64,000 nucleotides of DNA from the human T2T-CHM13v2.0 reference genome, Homo sapiens: NCBI RefSeq assembly GCF_009914755.1, contig NC_060942.1. One strand, written 5' to 3'. The notes beneath the pieces are model-generated. The model searched no databases. It was not told where the DNA came from and saw nothing but the letters and a program-made list of their open reading frames with translations. Shown here piece by piece: positions 43,360 to 56,764 of this stretch (position 1 is the first letter of the stretch; each line of letters starts with the position of its first letter). The position numbers were made by a program, and so were the translations under genes.

Positions 43360-43590
43360 GTTAAGTATAGTGGCAGCTTGGTGGCTGGTATAAATTTGAG
43401 GGCTACAAATTCCAGCTCCATCTCTTGCTAGCCATATGATTTCAGTCTAGTCATTTAATGTCTCCAAGTATTAATTTCCTCATCTGTAAAATTGGCTTAT
43501 TGGAGACTTAGCATACAGGCTTGCTCTGAGGAAAGGACATGTGATAATGTATTTAGTTCATTCTTGCCACAAAGTAAGCCTTCAATACAT
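43360..43590 (+). mobile_element. MIR
   Basis: aaattccagctccatc...gtcatttaatgtctccaagtattaatttcctcatctgtaaaattgg. Confidence 0.75.
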
Positions 43591-43591
43591 A

Positions 43592-44050
43592 TGGTTCATT
43601 AGTTCAGGTCCTCCAAGATGCAGACAACAAGATGAGATTAGACGTACAGAGATTTATTGAAGAAAAGGCCTGTGAAATGTAAAGGAGAGGAAGCAAGAGA
43701 AGGTAGGGAGGTTCTTCTAATGGAGCGGCAAGTCTGGCACCCGTAAAGGACAAGGGGAAAAAAGATCATGAAGGAAAAGTCTCAGACTGCACCCCAGGTC
43801 CAAAAGATGTTTAGTCAGGCCAATGGAGAGTCTTCGATCCAATATTACCTGTGGGAGAAGTCTTATGTCCGGCTAGATTGGGCCTGTCTTATTATGCCTG
43901 CAGTGCTCAGTCATTGGCTGAGAGCAGCCAGAGGTGGGGGGTGTCTGGGCACAAGTCAGTGGTAGACACAGAGGGACAGCAGCTGGGGCCATCAATCAAC
44001 TATGCTTTCAACAGCAAAAGAACTGAGTGGAGCATTTGCATGATACTATA
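43592..44050 (-). mobile_element. LTR16-type ERVL solo LTR
   Basis: caggtcctccaagatgcagacaacaagatgagattagacgtacagagatttattg; gtgctcagtcattggctgagagcagcc. Confidence 0.75.
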
Positions 44051-45792
44051 TACTGCAATGCCAAAAATATGCATAATAATATTTTTACTATTGTTTTAAT
44101 TATCCAATGTTGCAAATACATATTTTTTAAATTCCTATCTCTAATACCAGATAGAACACCCCACAAATAGAAAGTGTGTCTTCTTATCCTCATATTTAAG
44201 GTATCCAGAAAAAGCATCACATATACTAATTATTTAAAAAATGCATGCTGAACAAATAAAGAAATTATCTAAATATATGTGGATAATTTATGCAAATATT
44301 ATATATGAAATATACAGACAGCAGGTTTCAGAATTCTAAATCCAAACTGTTTTATGGTATCTGAATTAGTGATTGATAAAAAGAGAGAAACACAATGCAA
44401 TAAGGTCACCACTGAGAGCAGCAAGTATTTCAGAGGCAAATTTACTCATGCCTCCTTTACCTGGAATCATCTCACTTTTCTTCTATGGAGCAGGCTTATG
44501 TAGATATAACAAGAGGGCAGTCTACAGGACAAAGTGGTTGTCAAGCAATTTCTATTATGGACAGTTCAATCTCAAATGATTTATGAAGTTTTAGTTGTTT
44601 ATTGCACATAGTTGCTTTACACAAAGACATTTCAGTTTAGTTGGATTTATTAGAACTCTAATCAGATTAGTTTGCTGAAAAGAAATGGCTACACTTCACT
44701 GGAAAATGCCTCATTCTCCCCTGCCCATCCCAGAAGTTATATCAAATGTACCTAAGCTGAAGTGAAACAGTTAGGGCTAATGTGTGAATGTCTTTCCTCT
44801 TACAGAAAAATTAGCAAAATGAAGACAATTAATGATTGCATAATTGACCTCTGAGGATAACAGAGCAACATTTGAGGATAACAGAGCAACCCTCTGAAAA
44901 CCTAGTAGTCAAATTATACCTAAACCCACCCTCAAAATCACTCAACAGAGGAGGCTGTACTAATTTATTTGTGTCCCTCAAGGTAATGGTGAGCCTTCAC
45001 CAATTTCTAATTTTTTTCACAACTTAATAGTTTCATATTATCACTTATTTCTCATCATATGATTATGAGTTTTTAAATTGGCAAATTTAAATACAAATAG
45101 TTTGATGATATCCTCTATACAGTTTGATATAGCAGAGTGAGAGCAGAAATCTATTCTGTTCCCCACATATCATTTTCTCTGTAATTAGGATCATACCAAT
45201 TAATACAGAAATATTGAGATAGAAGAAAGTCAACTGAATGAAAGCAAGTACACCTTGAGAATATAAGAATTATTATATGCTTATAACTAAAATAGATCTT
45301 TTGGTTTATTTGATCTTGTTGTTTTTCTAAATGATTTTGCATTGTTCACAGTTCATTAATCAGTAGCAATGCATTATTATCTAATAATAATAGAATCAGA
45401 TGTAACCATTATAACATCAATGATCAGACTAACCCAACATTCACAGTTTCTATAATTGCTGTCACTGATACTAAGAGTAGTCTTGAATGTTTTATTATAT
45501 ATGTTATGATTATATATATGTTATAATATATTATGATTATAATCTACTTTAATTAAAATGAGTCCTCACAACTAATTATGTAACAGTGTTTATTGTTCAA
45601 TATAACACTATGCAGCTTTACATGCAAATAAAAACTACGTTAGCAGAAAATCCTTAGGTGTCACTTTTTAAATAACAGACACAAATAAGTTGACATCTTA
45701 CTTAAAGTACTATAAACATTAGAACTAGATTATATTTTACCTAGACAAAAAAAAATGAGAAGTTAAATCAACCAATATAAAGCTAGGTAGCA

Positions 45793-46103
45793 ACATTTGC
45801 TATTGTAAAATACTGATACTTAATGTGCAATCTGGTAATAGTACAGCTTCTAAAATCTGGAAAGGCAAAAACAAAAGGTTGCTCATATCCTAGGCAGATG
45901 TATTCTATCTTTAAAGTAAAATTAAATAAAATAGAGGATACTTCTTTCTATAGCAAAAATATAAGTGAATGTCTCTAACTTCTCTACCCAAATGGTATTT
46001 GGGGGAACCATAATGTAAACATGAGTTCAGTTAATGTATATGGCATGTTTCATTAAATGTCTGTGCATGAAAGCAGGACAGCAAAATGACAAAACACGTT
46101 ACA
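45793..46103 (+). repeat. Dispersed direct duplication, copy 2 (311 bp; probable donor)
   Basis: Matches 42950-43261; preceded by taggtagc. Confidence 0.97.
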
Positions 46104-47589
46104 AAACGATATGGAAATATATCTTAAGAACTATAACACTGCTACTGCTTTAAGGCAATAATCCCACTTCTGGGAAATTTATATTAAGAACGTAATTATA
46201 CAAAAAAAGATAGCTGCATAAAGATGCCAATTGCAATGTTATCTACAATGAAAAAATGTTGAAAGAAATTGAAAGGTTCTACAGCAGATGAACTGTTCAA
46301 CGAATTCTGGGATAGGACCCCACTTGATGTAATATTATTTATCTAGCATAATTATAAAATCCATATGAAAACAGAAAACATTACTTATCTAATGTTACAT
46401 TTTAAAAATTTAAAAGGCATTATAGTTTTATAGTGATGATAACATTTTTTAATACAGAAATACTGTGAAGAGGATTCTCCATAAATCTACGTTTGTTTAA
46501 GGCAATGAGAGTAAAAGGGATTTGATTGTTCTTTACAAAATAATCCTTTCCTTCAGTGTTTCTCTGAATTGTCAAAAGTAAAGAAAAATACTGTGGGTAT
46601 AAATTCCAGAGAAAAGTAGAATTAATTCAAAATAAGAAATTTATAATTTAGACTAACCAAAAGATACATCAAATATTAGTGATGTTCTTTTAAGCTCTGT
46701 TCAATCTGATAACCTAGAATTATGCTGGCAGCTATTTGTGTAAATAAAGAAATGGGAAGAGAGCCTGCTTTATGTCTCCACCTGTTAAGACTGCTTAGGG
46801 CATCACTATGTGCTTTGAAAATCATAGATAGTAATATTTAACTTGAAACATCATATTTTGCCATGAAACATGTTAAATTGCCAGCACTTTATTGAAGTGT
46901 GGCACTGGATATTTGATGAACCATTATCTTCCACACAATTTACCCTAAACTCGTCTCTTAATCTCCTTATACTGGTTTTATCAAATAAGGCATCCTTCCA
47001 TTTCTTGTCAGATGCCAAGTATGAATCATTACTAACACTGTAGCAAATACCTAAAGGCCACTGTGAGTTTATAGTTACAATAAAATGTTGTATCTAATGT
47101 GGAATTTTAGCACTTTCCAGTGTCCCTCTAATACTAAAGTGATAATTGCACCATTGGGCTGTTTTATGAGGCATTTGTTCACCTCCAGAGTAGATAAACT
47201 GGAAGAATGAAGGTTAGAAATTTCATCCTGATGGTAGAACTGGGTTATTGCTTGGGAAAGAGTGCCATAGAGCACATGACAGCATGCTTTGCATACGTAT
47301 TATTCTCTGCTTGCACTTTGATTGGCTACTAAACTAAAAATTAAAGTAAAATTATTACAAAATTAACATTGCATAAAACATGCAAAAAAGAATACAAGAA
47401 GAGATTTCTAGTTGAAAATTAATCTGAAGCAAATTATAAAGTAGCAAATATACAGCTTATTTGTAACTGATAGTGTGCATCAAATTTAACTATGTTAACT
47501 GCTGGATTTCCTTTCTTGAGTTTTCTTTAGAATAAGCAGCAGCTAGATTGAAAGCTTGTACAAACCATGTGCCAATATTTTGAGTCTGT

Positions 47590-47850
47590 AATGTTAAAAT
47601 GTTAGAAGGAATAAGATCTAGTATTTGGTAGCACAGTAGGGTGACTGTAGTTTACATAATTTATTGTGTAATTCAAAATAACTAGAGGAATGGATTTGAA
47701 ATGTTTCCAACACAAAAAAATGGTACATTTTTAAGGTGATGGATATCCCAGTTACTCTGATCTGATCATTAAACATTGTATGCTTGTATCAAAATATCAC
47801 ATGTACCCCATAAATATATACAACTATTATATATCCATAAATTTTTTTAA
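47590..47850 (+). mobile_element. L1MA 3' end
   Basis: aggaataagatctagtatttggtagcacagtagggtgact...tatcaaaatatcacatgtaccccataaatatatacaactatt. Confidence 0.88.
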
Positions 47851-47949
47851 ATGTCACATGAGTTGGCTCTTCAGCTGGAAATTTGAGGGAAAAGTAACGT
47901 GGTAGAGAATATGTGAGTCCTAACTACTTTTCTAATTAACGTTTTACTC

Positions 47950-48190
47950 CAGAACTTTTTAAATTTACAGAAAAGTTGCAAAGAAAGTACAGAGAATCCA
48001 CATAAACCCTTTGCACAATTTCTCCTATTGTTAACATCTTAGTATAAGACATTTCTCACAGCTGAGAAACCCACATCAGTACATCATTACTAATTGAATT
48101 CTAGACTTTGTATGGCTTTCATCAGTTTTTCCATTAATGCTATTCTTCTGTTTCAAACGCTGATTCGGAACACCACAATGTATTTAGCAT
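47950..48190 (-). mobile_element. L1MC/MD-type 3' fragment
   Basis: aaatttacagaaaagttgcaaagaaagtacagagaatcc...tctcctattgttaacatctt. Confidence 0.7.
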
Positions 48191-49549
48191 AATTACTTTT
48201 TGAAAGGAAAAAAGAGGTGCATATAAATTATTTAATTATATTATTATCACATCACCATTTTTTGTGCTTCATTTGACCTCTTTCAGCCAAATTTGCATTA
48301 AACTCATAGTACAAAATATCAATAGGAAAATGAACAATATAGAGTAACTTTCAAAATATGCATGGAGCTTGTTTATGTAACCCATACGCACACTGCACCA
48401 AAACACCAGGGACAATTTTATCACTGTTTTATTTCTCCATATCAGAACTTCAAAGTCCTTGCCTGCAGAACTAGCTGGCATATCCTGTTATCCCCTTAAT
48501 GAGCAACTCTGCCCTCTGCCTTACCCTCCCACTCCAAAAACACAGGTTATATTCACTACAAAGTAGAAAACGGTTGGATTTGCAATTGACCTACTTTTGC
48601 CCTAGTTCACATTGCTGCCAATATTGCTGGTGAAATGTGGGCATCCTCAGGTCCATCTGCTGCTGTAGGGCCATAATGTGAGGTGTCTGTCTGCCCAGGC
48701 CTCTGATGATCTTTAAGAGAAAACAGAACTCTCCCACTGAGCTCATGTTTTCCACGTATGCCTCTTCCTGATTCCCAAGTCACCTGCCCTTTATTCTTAG
48801 ATCTTTCAATTCAGTATCACATGGCCGTTTCCTCAGGGCAGCAGGCATTAAATATCATTGTCTTGGAGTGATTTGGAATTCAGATCCCTAGAACCTAGAG
48901 TTTCTATCCTTTTCTGCCTCTGGAATCATCTCCCTTCCCCCAGTCATTGGAGTTGGGCACTTTCCTTTTTTATAAACACTCAAAAATGAAAAGTACTGAC
49001 CCCATCAATTCTGCTGTCTCAAACTGGAGCTTAATTCCTTGTATGAGACCCATATGTTCAAAACTGTCTAGCTTGGGGGTTTCTTGAGGGAGTAGGCTTG
49101 CATGCTTTGATTCCATAAAAATCTGATTATTTTCTCCTTCATCTAAGCCTGGGAATGGGAAATAGAAACTAAGGGATCATTTCCTAGCCTTACTAGTGAG
49201 ACACTATCTCTATTCCCGAAGCAGAGAGAAAAAGCAATTTTTTTAACAGAACTAAAGTGTCTGTGTTTTACAATTAAAAGGGAAACCACAAAATCTAACA
49301 AGATCTATGTTGTCAAAAAAAATTAAAAATGTATTCTTTGTTATTTATTCTAAATAAAAGTTTTTGAAAAGTTATTTTAGTATAATTCCTATGCATTGTA
49401 AAACTTTTCAAAAATGGGAAAAATAAGAAAAATTAAAATAATTTAATGTAATGAGCATCCTATTGTTACATGTGATTAGATGAGTTTCTAATTAATATAT
49501 TCAATAACAGGATGGGTATCAGAATATATGTACTAGTTTTATGGTTGAC

Positions 49550-51480
49550 ATTTTAATAGCATTATTAAAATATAATTTACATACCATATAATGTATGCAT
49601 TTTAAGTGTACAATGAATAGTTTTTAATATATTTACAGGTTGTGTCACCATCACCATAATTAAATATTAGAATGTTTTCATCATCCCAAAGGAAACTCTG
49701 TACCATCGAGCAGCTGCTCCTCTTCCCCCTCCCCACATTCTGAGCTTTACTGCCTGCATGCTGCTGCTATAGTTACTCACTAAGCTACTTTTTAACTCAA
49801 TACCTTTGTTTATTTTTGCCAATTTATATAAATGGAATCATACAATATGTGGCCTTTTAAAAATCCGCTTTCTTTCACTTAGCACAGTGTTTTCAAGGTC
49901 CATCCACATCATAGCATATATTTCATTAATTTTAAGACTGAATGATATTTCATTTTAGGGATAAGTCACTTTTTAAAAATCCATTCATAAGTTGATCAGC
50001 ACTTGACTTATTTGTATCTTTTGGCTATTATGAATTACACTGCTTTGAGCATTCATATACCAGTTTTTGTATGGGCATCTTTTCATTTTTCTTGGGTACG
50101 TATATAAGAGTGGAATTGCTAGATCGTATGGTGACTCTATGTTTAGCATTGTGCAGAAGTGCCAAACTTTTCGAAAGGGGCTGCAGAATTGTAAATTCCC
50201 ACCAACAGGGCATGAGGGTTCCAGTTTCTCCACATTCTTGCCAACAATCGTTACTGTCTTTTTCATTACAACAATTTTACTGCATGTGAAGTAGATTCTT
50301 ATTTGGATTTTGAGTTGCATTTTCCTAATGACTAATGGTGTTGAGCATTGTTTCATGTGCTTAATGTCCATTTGCATATCTTGTTTGAAGAAATGCCTAT
50401 TAAATAATTTACTCATTTTATTATGTGTCTTTTTGTTGTTGGATTGCAAGAATAATTTATATAGCTGCAACACAAGTCACTTGTGAGATATATAATTTGA
50501 AAATATGCCCTCTGATTTTGTGAGTTATCTTTAGAGTTTCTTGATAGGTGTTTTTTGAAGCACAAAAAATTTAATGTTATGAAGTCTAATTCATCTATAT
50601 GTCTTCTATATAGTATTTTATCTAAGAAACCATTGTCTAATTTAAAGTCACAAATATTTACTTCCATGCTTTCTTCTGAGATTTTTGTAGTTTTAGTTCT
50701 TATATTTAGGTCCTTGATTCATTATGATGGGGCTTGGTTTGGTATCATGTGAGCAGAAGTAGAATTTTGTTCTTTACATGTGGCTATCTAGTCATTCCAG
50801 CATCATTTGTAAAAATGGCTATTCTTCCTCCATTGAATTTTCTTCATATCTTTATTGAAATCAACTGACCTTAGAAGTAAGAGTTTATTTTCAGGACTTC
50901 AACCTATTTATTTGATCTATGTCTATCCTTATGCCAGAACCACAGTATCTTGATTAATGTAGCTTTGTAGTAAGTTTTCAGATTGAGAAGTGTGAATCTT
51001 CCAACTTCTTTTCCAAGACTGTTTTGATTATTCTGAGTGCATTGAATTTCATATGAATTTTAGGATTCATATGAATCCTAAAATTCCTGCAAGAGAAAAA
51101 AGCTGGGATTTTGAGAATTGTGTCAAAGCTATAGATCAATTTGGGGAATATTTCCATATTAATATTTTTATTGTGTATTTATATACAATATTATGTTATC
51201 TGAGAAACAGCATTTTCTATTTTTTTCTTGTCTGGTTGCTCAGATTAGATCCACTATTGAATAGAACTGGTGAGAGTGAACATCTTTATCTTGTTCTCAA
51301 TCTTAAGGGAAAAATATTGAGCATTAGAAATGACGATAGCTGTGGACTTTTCATAGATACCCTTTATATGATTGATGAAGCTCCCTTTTGCATAGCTTTT
51401 TGAATATAATATCATGAAAGGGTGTGGATTTTATCCATACTTTCTCTGCATCTATTGAGATAATCATGTGGTTTAACTCC
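49550..51480 (-). mobile_element. L1MB-type element, 3' UTR plus ORF2 end, antisense
   Basis: taatttacataccatat...aatggaatcatacaatatgtggcc; ORF 49985-50473(-) resembles the L1 ORF2 C-terminus (..CSTPLVIRKMQLK..PYDLAIPLL..). Confidence 0.9.
51055..51086. repeat. Perfect 32-bp palindrome
   Basis: gaattttaggattcat|atgaatcctaaaattc. Confidence 0.97.
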
Positions 51481-51489
51481 TCTATTCTA

Positions 51490-52963
51490 TTTTTTTAATT
51501 TTCAGGTTATTGAGGTTTTATAGAGAAATAAAAACTATATTTTTAAAGTGAACAACTTGATGTTTTGATACACATATACATTGTAGAAAATTCACCAAAA
51601 TCAATCTAATTAACATATCCATCATTTCACACAGTTACATTTATCTTTTTTTGTAGTGAGAACACTTAAGATCTACTTTCTTAGCAAATTTCAGGAACAC
51701 AATACAGTATTGTTAACTATAGTCACATTGGTGTACATTTGATCTTGAGAATTTATTCATCTTTTATAACTTCAACTTTATTTTTTTGACCAACACGTCC
51801 CCATTTTCCCCTACTCCCAGCCTCTGGTTAACTCCACTCTACTGTCTTCCTATTAGGCTATTTGAGATCTGCATATGCAGTATTTGTATTTCTGTATCTG
51901 GCTTATGTCACATAGTATAGTATCCTCAAGTTCATCCATACAGTAATCAATGGCAGGGTCTCCTTTTCAAAGGCTGAATAATATTCTGTTCTATGTAAAT
52001 GCATGAACACTATTTTCTTTATCCACTCACCCACAGATGGACATTTAGTTGTTTTCATATCTTGACTATTGTTAATAATGCTGCAATAAACATGACCTTA
52101 CAGATATCTCTTTTGAGTTCCTGATTTTACTTTCTGTATATATAATATATATATTATTTTCTATATATAAATTATGTATTATATATTATATATATTATTT
52201 TCTATATATAAATTATGTATTATATATTATATATTATTTTCTATATATAAATTATATATTATATATAATATATGTATTATACATATATACCCAGAAGTGG
52301 GAATGCTAGATCATGAGATAGTTCTATTTTTAATATTTCAAGAAACCTCCATATTGTTTTCCATAATGACTAATTTGTATTCCCACCAACAATATACAAG
52401 AGATCCCTTTTCTCCACATCCTCACCAACATTTGCTATTGCTTGTCTTTTTGATAATAGCCATCCTAACAAGTGAGAGGTGATATCTCATTGTGGCTTTG
52501 ATTTGCATTTCCTTGATGTTTGGTGATCTTGAGCACTTGTTTGTATACCTGCTGGCCATTTGTAGGCCTTCTTTTGAGAAATATCTGTTCAGTTCTTTTC
52601 ACATGTTTTAGTCAGGTTATTTACTTTGGAACTGTATATCCACATGCAGAAAAATGAAATTGGACCCTTATCTCACACCATATATAAAAATCAACTGAAA
52701 GGGATTAAATACTTAAATGTAATTTCTGAAACCATGAAACTACCAGAAAGAAAATAGAGGAAAATCTTCTTAACATTGGTTTGGGCAATGATTTTTGGAT
52801 ATGACACCAAAAGCTTAACCAACAAAAGCAGAAATAGACAAATGGGATAGCATCAAAATAAAAATCTTCTCCACAGCAAAGGAAATAATCAATAGAGAAA
52901 AAAAGGCAACCCATGGAATGGGAGAAAACTTTTGCAAACAAGGTATCTGATAAGGGATTGATA
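51490..52963 (-). mobile_element. L1MA element with 5' inversion
   Basis: Antisense 3' part 51490-~52622, then sense ORF2 segment ~52628-52963. tattctatt occurs at both outer flanks. Confidence 0.8.
52136..52290. repeat. AT-rich low-complexity tandem repeat (3 copies, 40-45-bp unit) inside the L1MA
   Basis: tatattattttctatatataaattat x3. Confidence 0.85.
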
Positions 52964-53067
52964 GTCCCATATTCTATTAATATTGTGTATTACATGAATT
53001 GATTTTTAGATATTACATCAAACTTGCACTTTTCAAATAAAATGCACTTGGTCATAATTTATAATAC

Positions 53068-53361
53068 TTTTTTTTTCTTTGAGACGGAGTCTCGCACTAT
53101 CGCACCGGCTGGAGTGCAATAGCGCGATCTTGACTCAGTGGAACCTCCAACTCCCAGGTTCAAGTGATTCTCCTGCCTCAGCCTCCTGAGTAGCTGGGAT
53201 TACAGGCACCCACCACCATGCCTGGCTAATTTTTTGTATTTTTAGTAGAGATAGCGTTTCACTATGTTGGCCAGGCTGGTCTTGAACTCCTGACCTTGTG
53301 ATCCACCTGCCTCGGTATCGCAAAATGCTGGGATTACAGGCTTGAGCCACTGCACCTGGCC
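53068..53361 (-). mobile_element. AluS
   Basis: Full Alu; TSD at(a/g)atactttt. Confidence 0.96.
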
Positions 53362-54660
53362 TATGATACTTTTAATAAGTATTATAAAATACTCAGGTTT
53401 TCGTATTTTGTTGAAGACTTTTTAATCTGTATCCATTAAGTATATGAGTATATTCATAAGGTCTATTTTCATTTGGTTTTGATATCAGAGTAATGCTAGA
53501 TACATAGAATAAGTTGGGAAGTGTTCCTTTGTCTTTTATATTTTTGAAGGAGTTAGTGTTAATTCCTTAAATGTTCTAGTAAGTCATATAAACTTTATAC
53601 CTAGATAGCTCCATTCCCTTCCTTCTTCCTTTTTTGTGCTATTATTGTTACGCACATCATGTCTACATATGTTACAAACCCAATAAGACGTTGTTATAAT
53701 TATTACTTTACATCACCTTATGTCTTTTAAAGAAGCTATGATAATAAAGGAGAGCACAATCACAAATATTTATAAATTAGTTTTCTTATTTAGCATTTTT
53801 TGGTTTGTTTCATGTTCTTTTTTGGTCCTGTTATCATCTGGGTTCATTTCCTTACTCTAATATAGCTTCATTCCCACGTTGTTCTATTGTATTGCTATAG
53901 TCGAATATAATAAGAGTTTGCTGAGCTTCTCTAATATTTACAAAAATGTTTGTAAGTCTGTTTAGAAATTTTTCAGCAGTCATTGTTTGAATAATTTTTC
54001 TATTCATTTCTCTCTTTCATTTCCTTCTGGTATTCTCATTATAGGTAGGTTGTTGGGTTTAAAATGTCTTATATTTTTCTGAGTTTTTATTTTTGTTCAT
54101 TAATTTTTGATTTTCAGATGTATAATCTTTATCTTTCCTAAAATTTGCTGATTCTATCAGCTCAATCTATACTGAGACTTTTTAGTAAATTTTTATTTTA
54201 GTTCTTATACTTTCAATTCCAGAATATCCATTTGTTTCTTTCGTAAAATATCTATTAATATGTGCTGTTTTATAAATCATTTTCTCATACCTGATTTTTT
54301 CTTTAAGCATGGTTTTTATTTCCTTGAACATATTTATATTAGCTGCTTTGAAAACTATCTCTAAGTCCAACATCTGAGTGCCTTCAAAGGCAATATCTAT
54401 TACCTATTTGTTTTTCAGTGTGTGGGTCATAATGTGTTTTTTTTTCCACGTGTAATGATTTTTATTGAAAACTCAGCATCTTTGATAGTAAAATGTAGCA
54501 ACTGAGGATACTTTCCAATCCTCTTTTACTTAGACTTGTTATTGTTGCTGTTGTTGTTTGGATGATTGTGTTTATCTACTTAGTGACTTGGTGAAAATAA
54601 ACTATATAAGTCCTGTTTCCCATGCAGTATGTAGCCTCCAATGTCCGTGCTCACTATTTT
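53362..54660 (-). mobile_element. Old L1M remnants including ORF1-like sequence
   Basis: Antisense L1M text; ORF 54182-54373(-) ..FKAANINMFKEIK.. resembles the L1M ORF1 N-terminal region. Confidence 0.6.
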
Positions 54661-54683
54661 TTCTTCTTTTTATATTTTAAAGT

Positions 54684-55905
54684 GGGGAAAGGTGACCCTA
54701 TTCAACAAATAGTGCTGGGATAGTTGGCAAGCTACATGTATGGGAATGAAACTGGATCCTCAACTCTCATCTTATACAAAAATCAACTCAAGATGTATAA
54801 AAGACTTAAGTCTAACACCTGAAACCATAAAAAATTCTAGAGGATAACATCAGAAAAACTTTTAGACATTGGCTTAGGCAAAGACTTTATGACCAAGAAC
54901 CCAAAAGCAAATGCAACAAATACAAAAATAAATAAATAGGACCTAATTAAACTAAAATGCTTCTGTACCGCAAAATAATCAGCAGAGTAAACAGACAACA
55001 CACAGAGTGGGAGAAGATATTTGCAAACTTGCATCCAACAAAGGGCTAATATCCAGAATATACAAGGAACTCAAACAAATCAGCAAGAAAAAAAAAAACC
55101 ATCGAAAGGGGGATAAGGAAATGGCCAAGAAACATTTGAAAAAAAAATGCTCAACATCACTAATGATGAGGGAAAGGCAAATCAAAACCACAGTGAGATA
55201 TCACTTTACTCCTGCAAGAATGGACACGACTAAAAAATCAAAAAATAACAGATGTTGGCGTGGATGTGGTAAAAAGGGAACACTTTTACACTGCTGGTGG
55301 GAATGTAAACTTGTACAATCACTATGAAATCAGTATGGAGATTCCTTAAAGAACTAAAAGTAGCACTACCATTCGATCCAGCAATCCCACTACTGGGTAT
55401 CTACCCAGAGGAAAAAAGTTGTCATTATATGAAAAAGACACTTGCACTCCCATGTTTACAGCAGCACAATTCACAATTGCAAAAATTTGGAACCAACCTA
55501 AATACCCATTAACCAACGAGTGGATAAAGAAAATGTGGTATATATACACCATGAAATACTACTCAGCCATAAAAAGGAATGAAATAATGGCATTTGCAGC
55601 AACTTGGATGGAGTTAGAGACTATTATTCTAAGTGAAGTAACTCAGGAGTGGAAAACCAAATATTGTATATTCTCACTTATAAGTGGAAGCTAAGCTATG
55701 ATGACGCAAAGGCGTAAGAATGATATAATGGACTTTGGGGATTGTGGGGAAGGATGGGAAGGGGTGAGAAACAAAAGACTACACACTAGGTACAGTGTAC
55801 GCTGCTCAGGTGATGGGCACACCAAAATCTCAGAAATCACCACTAAATAACTTATCCATGTAACCAAAAACCACCTGTTGCCCCCCCAAATCTTGAAATA
55901 AAATT
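54684..55905 (+). mobile_element. L1PB 3' fragment (~1.2 kb)
   Basis: ORF2 C-terminal peptides (VWRFLKELKVALPFDPAIPLLGIYP; WIKKMWYIYTMKYYSAIKRNE); L1PB-type 3' UTR; attttaaa(a)gtg flanks. Confidence 0.92.
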
Positions 55906-55992
55906 TTAAAAGTGCCCTTAGGCATGAACTTCTCTATGATCTGTTCCAAGTAAAGTCAGTCACCTTGGGAAGAACTGTGGAGTTCTTAATTG

Positions 55993-56253
55993 TTTTTTTT
56001 TTTACTTATACTTTAAGTTCTAGGGTACATGTGCACAACATGCAGGTTTGTTGCGTATGTATACATGTGCCGTGTTGGTTTGCTGCACCCATGAACTCGT
56101 CATTTACATTAGGTATTTCTCCTAATGCTATCCCTCCCGCAACCACCCACCTCACAAAAGGCCCTGGTGTGTGATGTTCCCCACCCTGTGTCCAAGTGTT
56201 CTTATCGTTCATTTCCCACCTATGAGTGAGAACATGCGGTGTTTGGTTTTCTG
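55993..56253 (-). mobile_element. L1PA 3' end (~260 bp)
   Basis: ttatactttaagttctagggtacatgtgcacaac...gagtgagaacatgcggtgtttggttttctg; TSD tcttaatt. Confidence 0.93.
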
Positions 56254-56764
56254 TCTTAATTCTTATCGGCTGCCTCTCCCCTGAGGCATAACCACTTCAC
56301 CACTGTATCACCACTGGGGTAGAGACAATAGCCAGATTCTCACAGTGATCTTTTACTCTGCCAGCAGTCCCTGTAGGGGAAGCAAAGTAGCCACTCATCT
56401 TCTAGGCTTACCTTTTCCAGAATGGAGACCACAACTTATGAGCAGGAAGAATTTATGGGCGACTAGAGCCCGATATTCTCAACTTACCATGCTTAGGGTA
56501 GAGCTGCCACCCTATCAGTGAGCCCTGGGTGGCAGAAGGGACCCCCAGTCCTCTTTGCTATGCCTGCTCGGAATACAGCTTCCACAGCATGAAACTGGGG
56601 GTTAGCTGGGGTATAAGTGGTGCCAGTGGCCTATGCCTTTCGGAATGAAATTGTGGCCCTTAACTAGGAGTTATAGGAAGAGAGAATTCTCATTTTCTCG
56701 GCCACACATTCCAGAGAGGAGCTTCCATAACATGGGGAGGGTGAAAGGAGAGAGAGAATAGCAA

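Noticed and set aside
42950-46103. Two LTRs of a provirus or TRIM-like element
   Set aside because: No TG start, PBS, PPT or TSD, and the interior holds ancient MIR/LTR16 sequence far older than the ~5% divergence between the repeats.
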